A stretch of DNA of 64,000 nt from Rebecca billardiae RCC1528. Lineage: Eukaryota > Protista > Haptophyta. Of the stretch, positions 47,503 to 59,553 are shown one piece after another. The position numbers and the translations under genes were made by a program. Within the stretch, counting starts at the first letter, position 1. Every line of letters starts with the position of its first letter. Location of the stretch: positions 1,054,001-1,118,000 of the forward strand of contig OZ251237.1 of assembly GCA_965240325.2 (NCBI GenBank), given 5' to 3'. The notes beneath the pieces were generated by a model. The model was not told the DNA's origin and ran no database searches. It was given only the letters and a program-made list of their open reading frames with translations.

Positions 47503-49748
47503 TCATTCGGTCAAACCCTCCTCGTCGTCTGAGTCGAAATCGACGACGTGGCGGGGCACAGCAGCGTCGGCGCCGCCTGCCGCGCCCCCGCGATGCGACC
47601 GGTGCTGCCCCTCCAGCTCCTCGATCCGCGCCTGCGCCTCGGCGAGCTCGAGCCGGAGCGTGATCAGGTCCTTCACGTCGTCCTCCAGCGACGCGTTGTG
47701 GTGCTTGAGCCGCACGAGCTCGGAGCGCGCCTCCTGGTACTTCACCTCGAGCCACGTCATCTCCTCCGCGACCTTGCGGCTGCCGCCGCGCACCTTCTCG
47801 AGCTCCTGCGCCACCGTGCGCGCCTCGTGCCGCGCCTGCCCGGGCGCGGCGCGCGCGGCGCGCGCGCAGCGTGACGTGCCGCGCTCAGCGCAGCGGCGCG
47901 CGGCGTGCTCCCACGCCGCGAGTGCGCGCGCGCACCGCTCGCGCGGGTCGGGAGGGGGCGAGGGGCGAAGGGAGCGCGCGTGTGCGCCGCGCGTGCGTGC
48001 GCGCACACCTGCTCGCCCTCAAACTCGACGGTCGCCAGCGCCATCTTGGCCTCGACGAGCGCGAGCTGCAGCTCGGTGCGTGCCATATCCTCCTCCTCCT
48101 CCTCCTCCTCCTCCCCAGCCGCCGCGCCCCGCGCCGCCCGCCCCTCGTGCTGCGCGAGAGCGCGCGTGAGCTGGGCGCTGGTGTGCTGCGCGCTCTCCAG
48201 CTCACGGCTGCGCTCCTGCAGCGCGGAGTGCACCTCGAGCAGCTCGGCGCGAAGCTCGGCGGTGAGTCTGCGCTGCTCGTCCAGCTCCGCCACGAGCTCC
48301 GCGTCGCGCGCCCCAGGCGGCGACTCCGTCACCACCGCCGCGTCCGCGTGCGCGCCCCGCTGGTGCAGAGCAGCCTGCAGTGAGCGCGCGGCCTGCTGCG
48401 CGGCCACCGCCTCCGCCACCGCGCGCTCGCGCTCCTCGCGCGCCGCTGCGAGCTCGGCTCGCAGCTCGGCGAGCTCCTCGGACGAGCGGTGTTCGGCTTG
48501 CGCGTGCTCGGCGCCCGGCGGCGTACCATCGAAGCCGCCCTGCGCCCACGGGTCGACGTGCTTCAGCTGCCGCGGCGCCGCTGCTCCGCTGCCGGGCGGC
48601 GCGCCGGGCGCGCTGCCGTCGCGCGCGCCGTCCTGCGCGCCCGGCCCGCCAAGGTGCGGCTGCGCGTACGCAGCCGCAGACGCCGCACCTGCGGGCGCTC
48701 TCCCCTCGTCCTGCAGCCCCGGCCGCTCCTCCCCGCCCGCGTGCCCCGCGCCCAGCCGCCCGTCCGAGCCGTCGGCAGGCTGGGCGTGCGCAGACCCGCC
48801 GCCCGCAGGCGCCGGGCTGGCACGGGAGGGGAGCGAGGATGACGGCGTGTGCACCGCCGCGCCGCCCGCGCCGCCGGGCGTGAGTGGCGGCTGGTCGGCG
48901 GGGCCGAGGCGCTCGGCGGCGTGGATCGCCGCCGCCTCCGACCCCTCCGACCCGCGCCCCGCCGCACGCGCGCCAGCCGGCTGCGCCTCCGAGCCGTTGA
49001 CGCGCCGCTCGGACCGCTTGCTGTGCAGGCCCTCGCGGATCACACCGAGCTTGCCCATCCGCGCGCGCGCGAGCGCGGCCGCGCGCTGGTGGGGCGACTG
49101 GCGCGTGCCGTCGTCGAAGCCCTCGAGGTTCTGCTCCTCGTTCGACCCGGCGGACGGCCCCGTGTGCGGAGAGAAGCCGGTCAGGTTCGACGAGATCGAG
49201 CGTGCGTCCGAGGGCGAGGGCGAGCCTGCGCCGAGGTCGCGCAGCCAGCGGCAGCCGATCTCGGTGCGCAGCGTGGCGTAGAAGACGGGCTTGGCCTTCC
49301 AGCTCAGCCTGAGCAGCACGGGCTCGCGTGCCTCCGCCTCGCTCGTCCGCACGTACTCGGCGAGGTCGATGTCCGTGCCCGCCACCTCTGTGAGCTTCTT
49401 CTTGTGCGTGCCAAACTCTCCCGGCATCACCGCGCACAGCGAGATGCGGTACACCTTGTCGCTCCAGCGCTTGTCGGGCTTCTTGCTCGCGTACATCGTG
49501 CACACCACCGACATCCGCTCGTTCCACACGGCCTTGCCGTCCACCACCTCGCCCTCCGACGTCGACATGACCTTTGGACCGCGCATGCACGTCACGAGCA
49601 TGCCGGTCGCGCCGCGCATGTCCGGGATGTTGTCCACGGTCTGCACGACGAGGTCGAAGTGGAACTTGGACCACTCGCGCCCGTAGTGCTTCCCCGCGTG
49701 CGCCGCGCGGTGCCTGAGCGAGCTCGCCCGCTCCTTCACCTTGTCCAT
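47503..49748 (-). CDS. NT-C2 (EEIG1/EHBP1-type) domain protein with C-terminal coiled coil
   Basis: N-terminal KFHFDLVVQTV..RGPK..GKAVWNE..CTMY..DKVYRI..IDLAEY, a low-complexity linker and heptad-rich C-terminus. Exons 49748-48009 and 47835-47503. Confidence 0.82.
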
Positions 49749-49944
49749 CGCCCCGGGCCGCCAGTGGGAGCCCGCAGCGCTCGCAGTCCCAGTGACCCAG
49801 TCGCCGCTGCGGCGCTGCCGCTTACAGTACCTCGGCGGCGGACGGTGTGTTAGAACTCCGCAACGATGGCGGCCGGCGGACGCCTGGTTGTGGCATGACC
49901 TGGCTGGATCGCTGCTGGCTGGTTGTGGGGACCCCTGGTTTGAC

Positions 49945-51213
49945 ATGTCGGGCCTCGGACGCTCGTTCGAGACGCTGAGCTTCGTCTCAGGCGTGCTGAG
50001 CACGTGGCTCACCAACCGGCAGCTGCGCCAAGCCGCCGAGCAGCACGAGTCGGGCCTGCGCTACTCGGCGGAGCTGCACCTGCAGCAGCTCAGCAGCAGC
50101 TTGCAGGCGCACTACCAGGCGGTCGCCTCGTCGTTCGTCGAGGCGGCGCAGGAGGCGGATCGGGACGTGTGGGAGCAGCGCAACTCGCAGTTCAACACCA
50201 AGCTGCTCGCCTCCACCCTCATGTTTGGTGTGGCGATGGAGCTCACGATCGAGGGGCAGGTCCCTGACAACGCGAACGACACGTGCCTCGTGCTGCTCGC
50301 CACGTGCCAGGCGTGCGCGATCGCCGCGCTCGGTAACTCGATCCTGCTAGCGTTCATCCTCACTCGGCGCATGGCGCACTTCATGGTCGAGCGCGCCGAG
50401 CGCAACGCGCGCACCCGCCGCCGGCTGCTGCGGCACGCGCAGCACCTCACCCGCCGCATCGGCGAGTGGGCGACCAGCTCCGAGGCCAACTCCACGCAGC
50501 TCCTCGCAGCTGCGGACGGCACGCCGACTTCGGGGCCAAAGGCCTCTCCTCCGAGCGACGCGACCGTCGAGATGGTCGCTCGGCTTGTGCAGTGCATCAA
50601 TCGCTTCCAGGACGAGCTCTCACAGCCCATCCTGAGCTCGGCCTGCGCAGGCGTGGGCGCCGACGAGGACGAGCTCGAGCCCGAGCCAGAGGGCGTGCAG
50701 ACGTTCACGGCGTTCTGGGACACGCACTGCGACCACATCGCGCGCTGGTGCACGCAGGGCTTCTACGCGGGCGGGCTCGCCGTGTGGAGCGCGGTGACCC
50801 TCTACTTCGCGCTCGTCCTCGACGACGCACACCACAACTGGCTGGCGGCCGCGAGCTTCCTGCTCATCTCGAGCGCAGGCGGCGCGTACGCCGTGTGTGT
50901 GCTCGTGCGCGAAGAGCTCATCGACCGCACGGAGTACTGGCACCCCTTGCAGGCACGCGCGAGCCGCCATCGCCGGGCCAGCGTGGGCGGCGCAAGCAGG
51001 CGGCGTGGGGTCCATGCAAAGCGAGCCGCAGACCAACCCCAACGGCGGAGCCAGGGTGCCACTCAGCATTGGCACAAGCTCGACGAGACGGCCGCGCCCG
51101 CAGCGACGAGACGACGGCCATCGGCTGATGACTATGGTGACGACTACGACTCTGCTGACGATGACGATGAAGACGGCGGTGACTACGACGATGCAGCTGA
51201 CGGCGACGCCTGA
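49945..51213 (+). CDS. 4-TM membrane protein, Orai/CRAC-like
   Basis: TM1 STLMFGVAMELTIEGQ aligns without gaps to Orai TM1 SALLSGFAMVAMVEVQ as recalled; three further hydrophobic helices; acidic C-tail. Confidence 0.6.
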   Translation: MSGLGRSFETLSFVSGVLSTWLTNRQLRQAAEQHESGLRYSAELHLQQLSSSLQAHYQAVASSFVEAAQEADRDVWEQRNSQFNTKLLASTLMFGVAMELTIEGQVPDNANDTCLVLLATCQACAIAALGNSILLAFILTRRMAHFMVERAERNARTRRRLLRHAQHLTRRIGEWATSSEANSTQLLAAADGTPTSGPKASPPSDATVEMVARLVQCINRFQDELSQPILSSACAGVGADEDELEPEPEGVQTFTAFWDTHCDHIARWCTQGFYAGGLAVWSAVTLYFALVLDDAHHNWLAAASFLLISSAGGAYAVCVLVREELIDRTEYWHPLQARASRHRRASVGGASRRRGVHAKRAADQPQRRSQGATQHWHKLDETAAPAATRRRPSADDYGDDYDSADDDDEDGGDYDDAADGDA

Positions 51214-51308
51214 TGTGAGTCAACAGACTCAACTGAGTAACTGATGGCGGCTGACAGTGTCTGGCGATCGGTAATCATGTAGTAGTGTGTGATATCGTCA
51301 TCATCACA

Positions 51309-52234
51309 TTATAAAATTCTTATATTATGATGTGCGACTGCTCTGCCTGCTGCCCTGCTGCTGCCCAAAACCGCCGCCTGGCCATGGCAGTGATCCTCTC
51401 TATCATCTCCATAGTCGTCTTCTAACTTCTTCGTGTTCCGCTTGGACCTAAGCCTGAGGCCGCTGCTGTTGCTGGTGATACCAGCCAGCACATTGCCAGG
51501 GTGTGGCCGTGCCGCAAAGTTGAAGCCCCCCTCGTCAGTTCGATTATTATTGGGCGAAGGGCGGGCCACCCACCTCAGGAAGAGAGCAGGGTCCAACTTG
51601 CCCAGTGCCTTGTGGACAATGTGCAGTACAGCCACTGCTACCCTCCTTTCAGATGCAACAGAGCTGCCATACACCCTCAAGATGAGTCACCAAAGAGGAA
51701 CCACCATAGCCAATCACGCTCTGCTTCAACGTGCAAGCCTGCCCTGCTGCCACTGCTCAGTGCTGCCACGTACGCTTCCAGTAAGCATACTAGGTCAGCA
51801 CGGTACCCTCTGCCTTGTCGAGTATGGATGGCTGGCAGACATGCCTTCATCTCTGCGAGCGTGAGAGCCAGGTGCTTTTCCATATTTTCGAACCAGTAGC
51901 AGGTGTCTCCGTTCACCACGTTGGGGCCTCCTTCTCCTAGCCTTTGCACTGTCAGCGCGAGGAAGTCGTGGTCACCTATCCCCGTATCAGCATCACGCTC
52001 CACAGTAGCGTTCGCGGCAACGCCATCGACTGTGGCCGCCAGCGATGGGCCGACGTAATGCTTGACTCGCCACAGCTCTTGCTCACTGAGCCCCGTCAGA
52101 GGGTACTCTGGCACGCCCTGGGCCCAGCGCGCCGAACACGCCGGCCAGAGGCTGTCCGCGCGATGCACCCCATGAGCTGCGAGCAGCAAGCCGAGCACCA
52201 GATGCACTGTGGTGCGTGGGATCAAGATCGCCAT
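51309..52234 (-). pseudogene. degenerate coding sequence of unknown family
   Basis: Two abutting frames (52234-51677 and 51680-51309), lower GC, visibly CpG-poor and TpG/CpA-rich relative to neighbours. Confidence 0.4.
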
Positions 52235-52310
52235 CGACGGAGACGTGCACACTTGGTAAGGCGTGATTGACGCCATCCAACACTGCACAAAGACACCGCC
52301 ACAAAACAGA

Positions 52311-52997
52311 CGTAAGAATCAGAGACGCAGCAGACACAGCTCAGTGCGGGAACGTTCGAACAGCATGGCGCCGCCGCCCGGCGCACGCGCGAGGACACGC
52401 AGGAGGACCTGGGCGCGTGATATGCCGCGATCTCGCGCGCGACGCGGTGCGCGTGAGGAACATCGTCACATCAGCAGCAGTCATCGATCACATCGGTCGG
52501 TCGCTCAGCGCTACCCACAGCGCAGGGGCGGCAGCTTGAGCTGTGCCACGCGCTGCGGCGTCACGACGGTAGCATCACGCCGCTGCTGTTGTGCCCAAAC
52601 GTGGCGGTGATGAGTGCACCGTGCACGCTGCCATCCATCCATCCGCGGTGTGCACGTTAAACCGTAAGAATGAGAGACGCAGACACAGCTCAGTGCGGGA
52701 ACGTTCGAACAGCATGGCGCCGCCGCCCGGCGCACGCGCGAGGACACGCAGGAGGACCTGGGCGCGTGATATGCCGCGATCTCGCGCGCGACGCGGTGCG
52801 CGTGAGGAACATCGTCACATCAGCAGCAGTCATCGATCACATCGGTCGGTCGCTCAGCGCTACCCACAGCGCAGGGGCGGCAGCTTGAGCTGTGCCACGC
52901 GCTGCGGCGTCACGACGGTAGCATCACGCCGCTGCTGTTGTGCCCAAACGTGGCGGTGATGAGTGCACCGTGCACGCTGCCATCCATCCACGCGGTG
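52311..52997. repeat. ~350-bp tandem duplication, each copy starting with a reverse-orientation variant of the ~45-bp repeat
   Basis: Copies begin CGTAAGAAT.AGAGACGCAG..ACACAGCTCAG at 52311 and 52663. Confidence 0.93.
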
Positions 52998-53578
52998 GAT
53001 ACTCGATATATCCGGCCGAGTCCGAGACCAAGTCCGATGCCGGTCGGATGCGGGGCCTCAATCCTCTACTCATTCTATGCTTTAACGACACAGGTAGGAC
53101 GGCGCAGGTCTCACCTGATTCGTCGTCGGCAGTGCCCGATCGTCGACACGAAGTCGGCGCTAGTGGCAGAGCATAGCATGAACCGCGATCGAATGGCTTG
53201 AGCGCGGCTGACTTGAGCTGCTGGAGCGCGATCCACCTGCGCCGTGCGCGGCTCGCATGCGGACCTGCTGTGCGGTGTGCCCGCCCGGAGCCGAGGGCGA
53301 CTGGGTGCAGACTGTCCGGATGTCAGACGGCCGTCTCAGCCGCTGGGCCCTGGCGGGTGATCCGGCGGAGTGATGTAGTCGTCCCCGTGTGCCCTGCGCG
53401 GCCGCGTGGGCACACATACTTATTATATTATAATAATGTGCCCACTAATAATAATTATTATGTCAATCATATTCAACTGAACACGTCACTGCGCCGCGGG
53501 GCAATTCCGCGCGGGGACCGCCCGCCATGTAAATCATCATCACCGCCCCCGAGTCACGGGCGTGCTATAAGTGACAGC

Positions 53579-54841
53579 TTAGTGCGGCTTGCTCGGGTCG
53601 TGGAAGTGGAACTTGCTTGCGCCGAGCGCAGCCATGACGGAGTCGAAGATGCCAAACTGGCCCGCGGTGAGCGTACCGATCATCACGCAGCGGGCGCCCA
53701 GGCCCTGCGTGCACAGCTTCACGATGCCCGTCTCCGCAACGATGTTCGCCAGCCGCGACATCATCGGGCCGTCGCCGCCAGCGCCCGACTTGTTGATCTG
53801 TCGGTGGCAGCGGCGCGTCGGTGCACGTGCGCGCGCGGGATGGGCCGACCGGTCAGCGCGCGCCGTACAGCCTCGCCAACTCGGTGCGCGCCAGCGCACG
53901 CGCGCCTCGCACGTGTGCGAGCGAGCGCTCGCGAGGGCGGTGCGCGCGCGCGCGCACCTTGGAGAGAAGGGTGTCCGCGGGGTGCGAGATGATGGCCGCG
54001 GCGACGCCGGCGACCACGCCCGAGGCGAGCGAGACGCTCACGTTCCAAGTGCCGCCCGAGGAGGCCGGGGTCGTGCCAGTCGCGCCGTAGATCATCTCTG
54101 CGCTCCGCCCCTGCACGGCGAACTTGCACATGGTGTACGGGATCTGCTTGAAGCAGATGGGCAGGAAGCCCGAGTAGAAGCCGCCGAGGAGGCCCTCCTC
54201 CGCCGCCATGCGCGACGCCGCGCCGATCATCGAGGAAGCGTACTCTGGGTTGGAGACGAGGCGGATGCGCGTCGCCTCGAGCGGGCAGAGGAAGATGTCG
54301 GCGATGAACTCGGCCATGGCCGAGGACGCGAGGTAGATCGAGTTGCGGCTGTCCCACGCCGCCTGCGGCGAGAGCGAGTGCGCGATGTTGATCTTGAAGA
54401 ACTCCACGCCGCCGAACTTGAACCAGCCTGCCAACGGCGCGAGGCGCGTGCGTCGTGGACGCGTCAGCGGCGCCGTGGCGCGTGCGCCGCTCGGCCTGGG
54501 GGCACGCGGTGGGTATTTCGCGCGTACGCGCGCGCTGACGCACCCTGGATGAAGTATCCGATGAACGTGGGCGTGAAGCCTGTGAGCAGCGCCGCCGCGC
54601 CCTCGTTCTTAATGACCTGCTGGAAGCCGCCGACCATGCCCTTGTTGTACACCTCGGGCTCGAGCTGGATGCGCGTCTTGACGACGTCGACGGGTGTGAG
54701 CGCGCCGTGCGTGATGCCGCAGCAGATGCCACCCGCGAGCGCGCCCTTCAGGTAGTACATGAGGTCATACTTCTTCTCGCCCGCTGATTGTGCGGTGAAT
54801 GACGAGTAGAACGGCGAGAACGCGCGTGTGGGGAAGAGCAT
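53579..54841 (-). CDS. SLC25A3: mitochondrial phosphate carrier (PiC/MIR1)
   Basis: [80 protein letters not shown]. Exons 54841-54544, 54427-53958, 53797-53579 (987 nt). Confidence 0.96.
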
Positions 54842-55284
54842 GGCTGCGGGCACGCGCAGAGAGGCGGGGCGAGATACGTATGCTTAGCCACGACCGCCTG
54901 CGCCTCGCTCCATCACCGCATCGACAGCTCGCACGCCAGATTCGCGCGCGCGCACACCGATTCGCTCTGCTTGTTTAGGACCCCGACCTACACCCTGTGC
55001 CCTCGCGAGTTCGCGACGCGCGATTGATTCCACGGCCAGTGCACTACGCAGCAGGACCTGCAAGATTGCGATCTTGACCGCGAGCCCAGGACTTGCAGGG
55101 GACCGCCGTGGTGTCTCATGCAAGTGTACCCAGTCCGGACACGATGCATGGAGCCGCCCGGACCACATACATCTGTCGAAGACCCAGAAACGATTTTGTT
55201 ACATGCTGGCCCGGGCCGCGTTCAGTTGTTACGTGCGGAATACGTCAGTCAGCAAGGCGGCCGCGGCGGGCGCCTTCCGCCGCC

Positions 55285-56306
55285 ATGGCTTCGCCTGCCT
55301 CGCCCGACCTGATCGGGCAGCTCGGCTCGACGCTAGGCAAGCAGATCCCGTCCCAACGGAAGTCTGCGGCTTCATACAGCTTTGGCACCGCCGATAAGAC
55401 TCCCAACCCCAAAGGTGCGCGCGCATCTCGCGCCCGCCTCCGTTCTGGCCGGCGCCACAGGTCGGCAACGTTGCGCGGGTGCTGACGCCCTGCGCCCCTC
55501 GCTGCGCACCTCCGCCCGCGGCAGTCTTCATATCGACCGAGCACAACCACACCTTCTACGGCAGCCACTCGCCCGGCGCGAAGTACCACGTCGCGCGCGC
55601 ACTCGACGCGACCACGTTTGCGCCGACCTCAGCTGCGTACGGCTTCGGGACGAGCGGCCGGTACGACTTCACGCAGGGAGGGGAGCGCAAGTCGCCCGGC
55701 CCGAAGTACGACCTGGGGGACGGCACGTTCAGCACGCAGATCCTCTCGCGGTACAAAACGGTCAACGGCACCCGCTTTGGCACCTCCACGCGCGAGGTGG
55801 CCGCACGCGCCTCCCTCACCAAGGAGATGGCGCAGTCGCCCAACTTCGCCAACAAGGAGTCTCCCGGGCCGAGCCGGTATACGCTGCCGGTCTCGCTCGG
55901 CCGGCAGGTGGCGACGCGAAATGGCGGCATCGAGCCCAAGCCCGAGTGGGGCTGGGGCACCGAGGAGCGCTTCAAGAAGCACTCCGGGCTCGGCTCAGGG
56001 ACGGACACGACGCCCGGGCCGGCGACGGCCAAGCCGAACAATGCGCTCGGCCCGCAGAAGCTTGCGCGCTACAAGTCGTCGCCGGTGATCGGCTTCGGCA
56101 AGGGCGCGAGCCGCTCGACGGCCATGCGCGTCGAAAACCGCTCCCCAGGCCCCAAGTACGCGCCCTACTCTTCCGTCGGCCCGCAGGCAGTCACGGGCGC
56201 GCGCACGCCGCCGCAATTCTCGTTTGGCACGTCGAACCGCGACAGCTATGCGGCTCGAATGCACGGCACGGTGACGCCGGGCCCGGGCGCTTACAACCCA
56301 GTGTGA
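55285..56306 (+). CDS. STPGP/SHIPPO-repeat (ODF3-like) flagellar protein
   Basis: Repeated SPGPKY/TPGPGAY and FGT/FSFG motifs. Exons 55285-55414 and 55525-56306. Confidence 0.85.
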
Positions 56307-56537
56307 GACCGTCGAGCGCGGCTGCGACAGCCCGTGGGGCGCGCGGCCGGCAGGCCTGGTGCGGGACGTCAGCAGCGTCGGCGCTGTGGTTCGGACTTCT
56401 TGTCCGCAGGCTGGCCGGCGTTGCTAGCTGAAAACTCGTTCTCAGTACATATGACAGCCACTTAGCAGTAAGACTGTGGCCGCTGATGAGCAGAAGCAGT
56501 CAGTAGCTTAGCGCAGCGGTTAGCCACCACTGACGGC

Positions 56538-58109
56538 GGCGCGCGGTTCCGAGGCTTCACTAGTCCGAGCCGACCGCCCGCACTCGCAGGGTGCCTCGGC
56601 CAGTGGCACTGATCCGCGGCGGGACGGAGGCCCGCCGATCGAGCCGATCGAGTGCTCAGCAGCAGCGCCGTGCCTCCGCGCATCTTCAAATGGCCCGGTC
56701 ATATCCGGTAGCAGTCCAATAAGGGACCGCCTGGAGTGGTGTAGGAGCGATTAACGGATTATTGTAGCTAGATCATTATATATTATCAGAGGCGGCGATC
56801 CCGCCGATCTCCATGACCATGTCAAGACTCAAGATGAGTAACTACTGTAAGTGTAACGCTCCAGTGAGGCCCGGACTTAGTCAGGGGGCCATCAAGGCCG
56901 TCGTCTCAACCGAACCCGGTGGAGCCACCTGAGTTACCGCCAGAGTGAGCATGAGTGCTGACGCCTAATTCTAGTAACTAAGGACACTAGGCACCGCCTG
57001 CGCAGTTGCGCGGCCGCCACGATCCCGGGCTGGCCTAGCTCAGCCTGACGACATGCAAATTGCAATCGGCACTCGGCAGTGTCGGCGTCACACTGACACT
57101 CATGACACTGAATGAACTACTAGGCTTCGTACTATAGTGACTGTGATGATGGGCCACGACACGCGCCGCCGCGGGCCCGGCATCGCTAGCCGCATCGCTA
57201 CCTACACTCTACAGTCTGACAGTGTCAGAGACAGGCAGGCCGCTACTGACGATCTGGACAGCTCTGACTCTGAGCTCACCGTCGATACCGTCCGTCATCG
57301 ACGTCGTGCGATTGCACCGATGGCGCGCGGTTCCGAGGCTTCACTAGTCCGAGCCGACCGCCCGCACTCGCAGGGTGCCTCGGCCAGTGGCACTGATCCG
57401 CGGCGGGACGGAGGCCCGCCGATCGAGCCGATCGAGTGCTCAGCAGCAGCGCCGTGCCTCCGCGCATCTTCAAATGGCCCGGTCATATCCGGTAGCAGTC
57501 CAATAAGGGACCGCCTGGAGTGGTGTAGGAGCGATTAACGGATTATTGTAGCTAGATCATTATATATTATCAGAGGCGGCGATCCCGCCGATCTCCATGA
57601 CCATGTCAAGACTCAAGATGAGTAACTACTGTAAGTGTAACGCTCCAGTGAGGCCCGGACTTAGTCAGGGGGCCATCAAGGCCGTCGTCTCAACCGAACC
57701 CGGTGGAGCCACCTGAGTTACCGCCAGAGTGAGCATGAGTGCTGACGCCTAATTCTAGTAACTAAGGACACTAGGCACCGCCTGCGCAGTTGCGCGGCCG
57801 CCACGATCCCGGGCTGGCCTAGCTCAGCCTGACGACATGCAAATTGCAATCGGCACTCGGCAGTGTCGGCGTCACACTGACACTCATGACACTGAATGAA
57901 CTACTAGGCTTCGTACTATAGTGACTGTGATGATGGGCCACGACACGCGCCGCCGCGGGCCCGGCATCGCTAGCCGCATCGCTACCTATACACTCTACAG
58001 TCTGACAGTGTCAGAGACAGGCAGGCCGCTACTGACGATCTGGACAGCTCTGACTCTGAGCTCACCGTCGATACCGTCCGTCATCGACGTCGTGCGATTG
58101 CACCGATGG
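56538..58109. repeat. ~784-bp tandem duplication including the 3' end of the exonuclease gene
   Basis: Copies start GGCGCGCGGTTCCGAGGC at 56538 and 57322; the only difference I noted is a TA insertion (CCTACACT vs CCTATACACT). Confidence 0.96.
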
Positions 58110-59553
58110 AAGCACGGCACAGGGTCCGCGGCTGCTCTGAGACCCTGGCGCAGTCTGGCGCCATGCCGCTGTCGAGCGCGATGACCAGCGTGTGCGACGG
58201 GCATGCGAGCAGCAGCTGCCGCTCTTGGGCCGTGCTGAGGCTGCCAGCACACCACACGAAGGCGCGGCCCGCACACCCGCCCGACTGGGCGCCTGCGTGC
58301 GCCTCGAGCTGCTGCGCGACGAGTGCGCCGACGGAGTCCGACCCCGCCGGCACCACCGCCAGCCGCCCTCCGAGCTCGGGCGAGGCGGTCGGCAGATTCA
58401 GCTGTGTCTGCTGCTGCTCCGCAGGCACGGCGGGCGCCTCCACCAGCACAGCTCGCAGCCCTTCGTCCGCGCGCAGCAGCCGATCGGCGAGGGTTCCAAA
58501 GCAGCGCCGGCGCTTCGCGCCGAAGCTCGCGTTGCGCAGCCGCGCGACCACCAGTTTCATGCACGCGCGCGCGTCCTCGACGCTGTCGTGGCCCCCTCCG
58601 GCCGGCTGCTGGATGCGCGTGGCGAGCAGCTCGTGCGACAGGTCGCGCAGCCTGCGCTTGCGCCCGCCCTCCAGCGGGTGTGGGAAGAGAACAGACGTGT
58701 CGATGCAGCGATCGTGGTGCAGGCCAAGCGCGCGCAGGTCGTTCTCCATCGAGTGCCCCACGAGGATATCCTCCCGGCACACGACGGCCTGCACCGCGCG
58801 CTGTGCCTCCGCGAGCCCAAGCCGTGCGTCGGCGAGCCGCTCGGCTGTGAGACCTGAGAACTGCGTGCGATAATCCGTCACGGCCTGGCTCGGCCGCACG
58901 AGCTCATCGAGCAGCACGTCCCCCGCCTCGTCCACGATGGAGACGCGCGCGAGCGCGCTCGCACCGCCCTCGACCTCCACCATCTCGCAGTCGATCGCGC
59001 GTAGCCGCGCACGCTGCTCCGCCGGCCCCTCGGCAAAGCTCGCGGCGCCGCCTGCTCCGGCGAGCGGGTAGCCCTCTGCCTCGAGCTCTGCGCGCGTGAG
59101 GAGCAGGTCGGCAGGCTCCGCGCGGTGCTCAGCGAGGCATTCGGAGCTCTCCACGCTATCATTTGTGTACAGCAACCCGCGCAGCCCAGCCGGACGGCCC
59201 GCATGCGCCGGCGGCAGGCGAAAGGGCACGGAGTGCACGCTTGACTCGAGCAGCGCTGCGTGCCGCTGCGCGAAGGGCTCCGCCGGTGATGCTGTGTCGT
59301 TCGCAAGGAGCACCACTTGTCGGATGAGCGCGCGCTGTCCAATCGCGATGAACGGCGGGCACGGCCGGTTGAGCAGCACGTGCTCGACGAGAGCATGCAG
59401 CTCTTTCGGCTTCAGGGCCGTTTGGCCAGGCTCGAGGCGCTGCTTCAGCCGGTCGTCCAGCTCGACCTGCGCGTCGGGCCCGAGGACGCGATCAACCTCC
59501 GCGGCTGACGCCTTGCCCGCCGCCACGCGCTTGAGCAGCTTCTTCTTCACCAT
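58081..59553 (-). CDS. DEDDh RNA exonuclease (REXO1/REX1-like)
   Basis: AIDCEMV, LARVSIVD, VTDYRTQFSG, VGHSMENDL, IDTS, HDSVEDA; probable start MVKKKLLK. Confidence 0.92.
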   Translation of the reverse strand: MVKKKLLKRVAAGKASAAEVDRVLGPDAQVELDDRLKQRLEPGQTALKPKELHALVEHVLLNRPCPPFIAIGQRALIRQVVLLANDTASPAEPFAQRHAALLESSVHSVPFRLPPAHAGRPAGLRGLLYTNDSVESSECLAEHRAEPADLLLTRAELEAEGYPLAGAGGAASFAEGPAEQRARLRAIDCEMVEVEGGASALARVSIVDEAGDVLLDELVRPSQAVTDYRTQFSGLTAERLADARLGLAEAQRAVQAVVCREDILVGHSMENDLRALGLHHDRCIDTSVLFPHPLEGGRKRRLRDLSHELLATRIQQPAGGGHDSVEDARACMKLVVARLRNASFGAKRRRCFGTLADRLLRADEGLRAVLVEAPAVPAEQQQTQLNLPTASPELGGRLAVVPAGSDSVGALVAQQLEAHAGAQSGGCAGRAFVWCAGSLSTAQERQLLLACPSHTLVIALDSGMAPDCARVSEQPRTLCRASIGAIARRR

